NCBI GenBank assembly: GCA_963748625.1
Contig: CAVVJT010000010.1
Span: 96,001 to 160,000 of the forward strand
Reading direction: 5' to 3'
From: an uncultured Chloroflexia bacterium
GTDB lineage: Bacteria > Chloroflexota > Limnocylindria > Limnocylindrales > CSP1-4
DNA: 64,000 bases
Numbering within the stretch: the stretch's first letter is position 1; each line of letters begins with the position of its first letter. Shown one piece after another: positions 59,448 through 64,000 of the stretch. The notes beneath the pieces were generated by a model, which was not told where the DNA came from, made no database searches, and worked only from the letters and a program-made list of their open reading frames with translations. The position numbers and the translations under genes are program-made.

Positions 59448-60769
59448 CGGGCGGCCTCCGGCAGCGTGGCGGCGATGTCGTGGCGGCGGATCATCCCGTC
59501 CCAGGTGATGGCGTCGGCGGCGCGCTCGGCGATGAGCCGGGCCGCGGTCACGTCCGGGCCGCGGCCGGTCACCGCAAGCACGCGGCCGCCATTGGTGCCG
59601 AACCCGCCCTCGGAGCGCTGGCGGGCAACGGTGCCGGCGTGGAAGACGAGGGCGCCGCGGGCGACGGCCTCGTCGAGGCCCTCGATGGGGTCGCCCTTGC
59701 GCGGGTCGTTCGGGTAGCCAGCGGCGGCGAGCACGATGGTGACGGCGGCCTCGTCGCGCGCCGCCAGGCGGGCGGGCAGGTCGGCAGGGAGGCCGCCTGT
59801 TGCGGCAGCCAGCAGGACCGGCGCGAGATCCGCGTCGAGACGCGGCAGGATCGCCTGCGTCTCGGGGTCGCCCAGCCGGACGTTGGTCTCGAGCAGCGCG
59901 GGGCCGGTTGCCGTGAGCATCAGGCCCGCGTACAGGAACCCCTTGAAGGGGATGCCGCGGCTGGCCATCTCGGCCAGGATCGGCTGGTGGACGGTCGCCA
60001 GGATGCGTGCAACATCGGCGTCAGTGAGGTCCGGCAGCGGCGAGTAGGCACCCATGCCACCGGTGTTCGGGCCCTCGTCGTCATCGCACAGGCGCTTGTG
60101 GTCCCGGGCCGCCGGGAGGGCGATGGCTCGGCGGCCGTCGCAGATGGCGATGACGCTGGCCTCGGGGCCCTGGAGCCGCTCCTCGACGACGAGCGCGATC
60201 TCGCCCGGGGTCCGCCCCGCGAGGAAGGACGGCGCAAGCTCGAGCGCCTGCTCGAGCGAGTCCGTGACGATGACGCCCTTGCCCGCGGCGAGACCATCGG
60301 CCTTGAGCACCGCCCCCGCACCTGCCGCGGCGAGATCGTGGATGAAGCCGAGCGCCGCCTGCTCCTCGCCCCCGCTGAAGGCCATCGCCCGGGCCATGCG
60401 GACGCCAGCCGCCTCCGCCACCTCGTGGCAGAACGCCTTCGACGTCTCCAGCCGTGCGGCGGCCGCCACGGGGCCGAACACCGGGATCCCGGCCTCCCGG
60501 AGGGCATCGGCCACCCCGGCGCCCAGCGGCGCCTCCGGGCCGACCACCACCAGGTCGGCCGCCTCGGCCTGCGCAAGCGCCACCACGGCCACGGGAACGA
60601 GCGGGTTCACGGGTGCGCACCTGGTCCCGGGTGTCAGCCCGATGCCGGCGCTCCCGGGGGCCACCACCACCTCGCTGACGCCCTGCTCGCCCGCGAGCTT
60701 CCAAGCGAGCGCATGCTCGCGCCCGCCACTCCCGATGACGAGGATCCGCGACGGCACGTCGAGGGTCAC
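59444..60769 (-). CDS. purD: GAR synthetase
   Basis: GSGGREHAL, VGPEAPL, KADGLAAGKGV, GPNTGGMG, RLGDPE. Confidence 0.96.
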   Translation of the reverse strand: MTLDVPSRILVIGSGGREHALAWKLAGEQGVSEVVVAPGSAGIGLTPGTRCAPVNPLVPVAVVALAQAEAADLVVVGPEAPLGAGVADALREAGIPVFGPVAAAARLETSKAFCHEVAEAAGVRMARAMAFSGGEEQAALGFIHDLAAAGAGAVLKADGLAAGKGVIVTDSLEQALELAPSFLAGRTPGEIALVVEERLQGPEASVIAICDGRRAIALPAARDHKRLCDDDEGPNTGGMGAYSPLPDLTDADVARILATVHQPILAEMASRGIPFKGFLYAGLMLTATGPALLETNVRLGDPETQAILPRLDADLAPVLLAAATGGLPADLPARLAARDEAAVTIVLAAAGYPNDPRKGDPIEGLDEAVARGALVFHAGTVARQRSEGGFGTNGGRVLAVTGRGPDVTAARLIAERAADAITWDGMIRRHDIAATLPEAAR

Positions 60770-60807
60770 TGCTGGTCTCCCGATCGCGCGCTCAGGGGGC
60801 GTGCCGC

Positions 60808-62115
60808 TCAGGCCGGCTGCTGGGGCCGACGGCGCAGCGGCCGCCAGGCCCGCTCGATGGTCTGCGTCCGCTCCGGGCCGACGCTCACGAAGACGATCGG
60901 CACGCCTGCGTGGTCCTCGAGCGCCTGCACGTAGCGGCGCGCGGCCTCGGGCAGGTCGGCCAGGCTGCGGACGTCGTGGATCGGCTGTTCCCAGCCCTCG
61001 AAGTCCTCGTAGATCGGCACGGCGCGCTCCAGCGCGGAGCCGGACGACGGCCAGGTCTCCACCCGCTTGCCGTCCAGCTCGTAGGCCACGCCGAGCTTGA
61101 TGGTCTCGATGCCCGAGAGGATGTCCAGCTTGTTGAGGACGATGGCGCTCGTGGAGTTGACCGCGACCGCGTAGCGGAGCGGGACGGTGTCGAACCAGCC
61201 GACACGCCGGGCTCGCCCGGTGACGGTGCCGAACTCGTGGCCGCGCTGCGCGATGCCCTTGCCGATCTCGTCGAACAGCTCGGTCGGGAAGGGCCCGGAG
61301 CCGACGCGGGTCGAGTAGGCCTTCATCACGCCGATGACCTCGTCGACCTGGAGCGGCCCGATGCCGCCGCCGGTGCAGGCCCCACCCGCCACCGGGTTGG
61401 ACGAGGTCACGAACGGGTAGGAGCCGTGGTCCAGGTCCAGCAGCGCGCCCTGGGCGCCCTCGAGCAGGACATGGTCGCCGCGGCGCAGGGCGTCCTGGAC
61501 CAGCCACGTGGAGTCGTCCATGTGCGGCTCGATGCGAGCACCCCACTCGAGGCACTGGGCGACGAGGGCGTCCACATCGAAGGTGTCCGCGCCCATCGAC
61601 GCGAGCAGGAGGTTCTTGTCCGGCAGGGCGCGGCCGATCCGCTCGCGCAGGACTGCCTCGTCGACGAGGTCCTCGATCCGGATGCCCAGGCGCCAGGCGC
61701 GGTCGCCGTACGTGGGGCCGATGCCGCGCCCTGTGGTGCCCACCTTGGCACCCGCGAGCCGGGTCTCGTTGGCCTTATCGAGGGCGACGTGGTACGGCAT
61801 GATCACGTGCGCGCTGCGGCTGACGCGGATCTTGCTGGTGTCCACGCCCTTGCCCGCGAGCATGTCCATCTCGCGCAGCAGCGTGGCCGGGTTCACCACG
61901 ACGCCGTTGCCGATGACCGACGTGATGTGCGGATACATGACGCCCGACGGGCACAGCTGCAGCTTGATCGTCTCGTTGCCCACGACGACGGTGTGGCCGG
62001 CGTTGTCGCCGCCCTGGTAGCGCACCACCATGGCGACCTGCTCGGCCAGGAAGTCGGTGGTCTTCCCCTTCCCCTCATCGCCCCACTGGAGGCCGGTGAT
62101 CACGGTCGCAGGCAT
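60808..62115 (-). CDS. purA: Adenylosuccinate synthetase
   Basis: QWGDEGKGK, GGDNAGHT, GTTGRGIGP, EGAQG, EFGTVTGR. Confidence 0.97.
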   Translation of the reverse strand: MPATVITGLQWGDEGKGKTTDFLAEQVAMVVRYQGGDNAGHTVVVGNETIKLQLCPSGVMYPHITSVIGNGVVVNPATLLREMDMLAGKGVDTSKIRVSRSAHVIMPYHVALDKANETRLAGAKVGTTGRGIGPTYGDRAWRLGIRIEDLVDEAVLRERIGRALPDKNLLLASMGADTFDVDALVAQCLEWGARIEPHMDDSTWLVQDALRRGDHVLLEGAQGALLDLDHGSYPFVTSSNPVAGGACTGGGIGPLQVDEVIGVMKAYSTRVGSGPFPTELFDEIGKGIAQRGHEFGTVTGRARRVGWFDTVPLRYAVAVNSTSAIVLNKLDILSGIETIKLGVAYELDGKRVETWPSSGSALERAVPIYEDFEGWEQPIHDVRSLADLPEAARRYVQALEDHAGVPIVFVSVGPERTQTIERAWRPLRRRPQQPA

Positions 62116-62131
62116 CAGGGCAGCCTCCCGG

Positions 62132-62328
62132 AAATGAAACGACCCCGGCGCATCGTGCCGGGGTGCTGGATACACGTCTCCCGCGTCTGCCCGCCGGTGA
62201 CCTGGCGGACCGGGTGACCGAAGGTGCGAACCCGTCTCACGGGGCGGATCCCGCGCCTTCCTCGAGCAACGGTTGTCCCTCCATCGCGGGGCCGGTCGAG
62301 GGCCGGCTTCCGAGGAAGGGCGAGTATA
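62132..62328 (-). promoter_or_regulatory. pur operon promoter and structured leader with a premature intrinsic terminator
   Basis: TATACT at 62323-62328; several stems; ACCCCGGC/GCCGGGGT hairpin plus CGTTTCATTT tail just before the GGGAGG RBS. Confidence 0.7.
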
Positions 62329-62518
62329 CGCGACGGGGGTCCCGTCCGACACGCTGGCGGGGGTTGCGGATCGGGGTCGAGGAGCAGGCCGACGGCGGCC
62401 GCCGCCAGGACTCCCCGCGTAAGCGCGCGGTGAGTGCGGCGTAAGGGCGCGTGCAGTGGCGGCGCCTACCGTGTGCATCCCGTCGCACCGCCCGCCGCAG
62501 CCGAAAGGAGACCCCCGG

Positions 62519-63004
62519 ATGAACCGGGTCATGCTGACCGGTCGCCTCACCCGCGACCCCGAGCTCCGCACCACCGCCGGCGGCAAGGCGGTCGTCCAGT
62601 TCTCGATCGCGTCGCACGAGTTCGTCGGCGGCAAGGAGAAGTCGGAGTTCCACTCGATCGTCGCGTGGAACCGCCTCGCGGAGACGTGCGGCCGCTACCT
62701 GGGCAAGGGCCAGCAGGTGGCCGTCGAGGGGCGGATCCAGACGCGAACCTGGGACGACAGCGATGGCAAGCGCCACTGGCGCACCGAGATCATCGCCTCG
62801 TCCGTCGAGATGCTGGCCGGGCGCCGGCGCCGCGACTACAGCGGTGACCAGGCCGCCGACGCGCTGGAGGCACAGGCCCAGGTGGCGGGTATTCCGCCGG
62901 ACGCGTCGGAGCCGGTGGCCGACGAGAGCGGCTTCGCCGTGCTGCCCGGCACGGACGAGGACGAGGAGGAGGACGAGTTGCTCGAGGAGGCCGTCGCGGC
63001 CTAG
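62519..63004 (+). CDS. ssb: Single-stranded DNA-binding protein
   Basis: MNRVMLTGRLTRDPELR, KGQQVAVEGRIQTR; AAGGAG RBS. Confidence 0.93.
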   Translation: MNRVMLTGRLTRDPELRTTAGGKAVVQFSIASHEFVGGKEKSEFHSIVAWNRLAETCGRYLGKGQQVAVEGRIQTRTWDDSDGKRHWRTEIIASSVEMLAGRRRRDYSGDQAADALEAQAQVAGIPPDASEPVADESGFAVLPGTDEDEEEDELLEEAVAA

Positions 63005-63088
63005 ACGCCCTTCTCCCCGGCGGCGGCACGGCTCCCCCCTCCCGTGCCGTCGCCCGCCCATGCCTGCATCGGGGGCCCGCCCGACCTG

Positions 63089-64000
63089 CTACACCGGCAC
63101 CTGGAACTCGAAGAAGCTGATCGCGAGGATCGCGAAGACCAGCATGAGCAGCGCGCCCTCGAGCCAGTTGGACTCGCCGTCGAGCGCAACGAGCGCGCTG
63201 ATGCCGACCGCCGCGGCGACGGCCGCCACCTCGAGCGGATGGAACACGAGGTCCATCGGCTGGCCGACCACCAGGCCCAGCAGCACCAGCACCGGTGCCA
63301 CGAAGAGCGCCACCTGGAGCGACGACCCGAATGACACCGCCATCGAGAACTCGATCTTGTTCTTGAACGCGAGCTGGACCGCGACCAGGTGCTCGGCGAG
63401 GTTGCCGATGGTGGGGATCAGGATCACGCCGACGAAGAGCTGGGAGAGGCCGAACTGCTCGATGAACGGCTCAATCGAGCTGACCAGGATCTCGGACAGG
63501 ACCGCGAGCAGGGCCGCCGTGATGAGCAGCACGAGGATCGCGGTCCTGCCGGTCCAGGCGGGACCGGCGTGGCCCTCCGGCTCCCCGTGGCCGCCCAGCG
63601 TCCGTTCGGGGTTGGTGAACTGCCAGACCAGGGACAGCCCGTAGCCGGTCATCAGCACCAGTGCGACCAGCACGGACTCCTGGACCTTCATGCCCGTGGA
63701 CGAGCCGCCTGAGAACGCGAAGATCGCCGGAATGAACAGGCCGACGGCGGCCAGCACCAGCAGGGCCGCGTTGGAGCCCGCGATCCGCGCACTGAACGTC
63801 TGCAGCCCGTTCTTGAGGCCACCCGCGAGCATCGCCGCGCCGAGGACCAGCAGCAGGTTGCCGATGATGGAGCCCGTGATCGACGCCTTGACCACGGTCA
63901 GGAGCCCAGCCTGGAGCGCGAAGAACGCGATGATCAGCTCGGCGATGTTGCCGAACGTGGCGTTGAGGATGCCGCCGACCTGCGGGCCGGTGAGCGCGCC
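63089..64000 (-). CDS. Ca2+/H+ antiporter (CAX family), 5' end outside the window
   Basis: GILNATFGNIAE, GSIIGNLLLVLG, GNLAEH, GSSLQVAL, DGESNWLEG. Confidence 0.93.
   Translation of the reverse strand, partial: GALTGPQVGGILNATFGNIAELIIAFFALQAGLLTVVKASITGSIIGNLLLVLGAAMLAGGLKNGLQTFSARIAGSNAALLVLAAVGLFIPAIFAFSGGSSTGMKVQESVLVALVLMTGYGLSLVWQFTNPERTLGGHGEPEGHAGPAWTGRTAILVLLITAALLAVLSEILVSSIEPFIEQFGLSQLFVGVILIPTIGNLAEHLVAVQLAFKNKIEFSMAVSFGSSLQVALFVAPVLVLLGLVVGQPMDLVFHPLEVAAVAAAVGISALVALDGESNWLEGALLMLVFAILAISFFEFQVPV

Noticed and set aside
62215-62245. Glycine-riboswitch-like ACCGAAGGTGCGAA on the plus strand
   Set aside because: It lacks the GGAGA element and points away from purA

Overview
A GC-rich (~72%) bacterial chromosomal window, mostly housekeeping and mostly on the minus strand. 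Gene content and style suggest Chloroflexota (Limnocylindria-like), which is inference only. It holds a nucleoside uptake/salvage cluster (two BMP lipoproteins, ABC transporter, cdd, deoD-type PNP), gatCAB, a polar amino-acid ABC transporter, ligA, pcrA, groESL with a sigma-70 promoter and CIRCE, tatD, metG, a purA-purD-purB-purC-purS-purQ-purL-purF-purM-purNH operon, ssb and a partial Ca2+/H+ antiporter, with small accessory inserts in between. About a dozen genes carry single-base frameshifts that look like long-read consensus errors. The most notable observations: (1) two non-coding 149-bp elements with different sequences but identical geometry (four N3-centred palindromic boxes spaced 41/52/41 bp inside a long hairpin), a related six-box array upstream of groES, and an HTH + PD-(D/E)XK gene with its own long hairpin; (2) a MetRS whose HIGH signature reads GLHT; (3) a structured, terminator-containing pur operon leader matching no riboswitch I recognise; (4) a PurN-PurH fusion; (5) an apparently circularly permuted NADAR-like gene coupled to a PfkB kinase.
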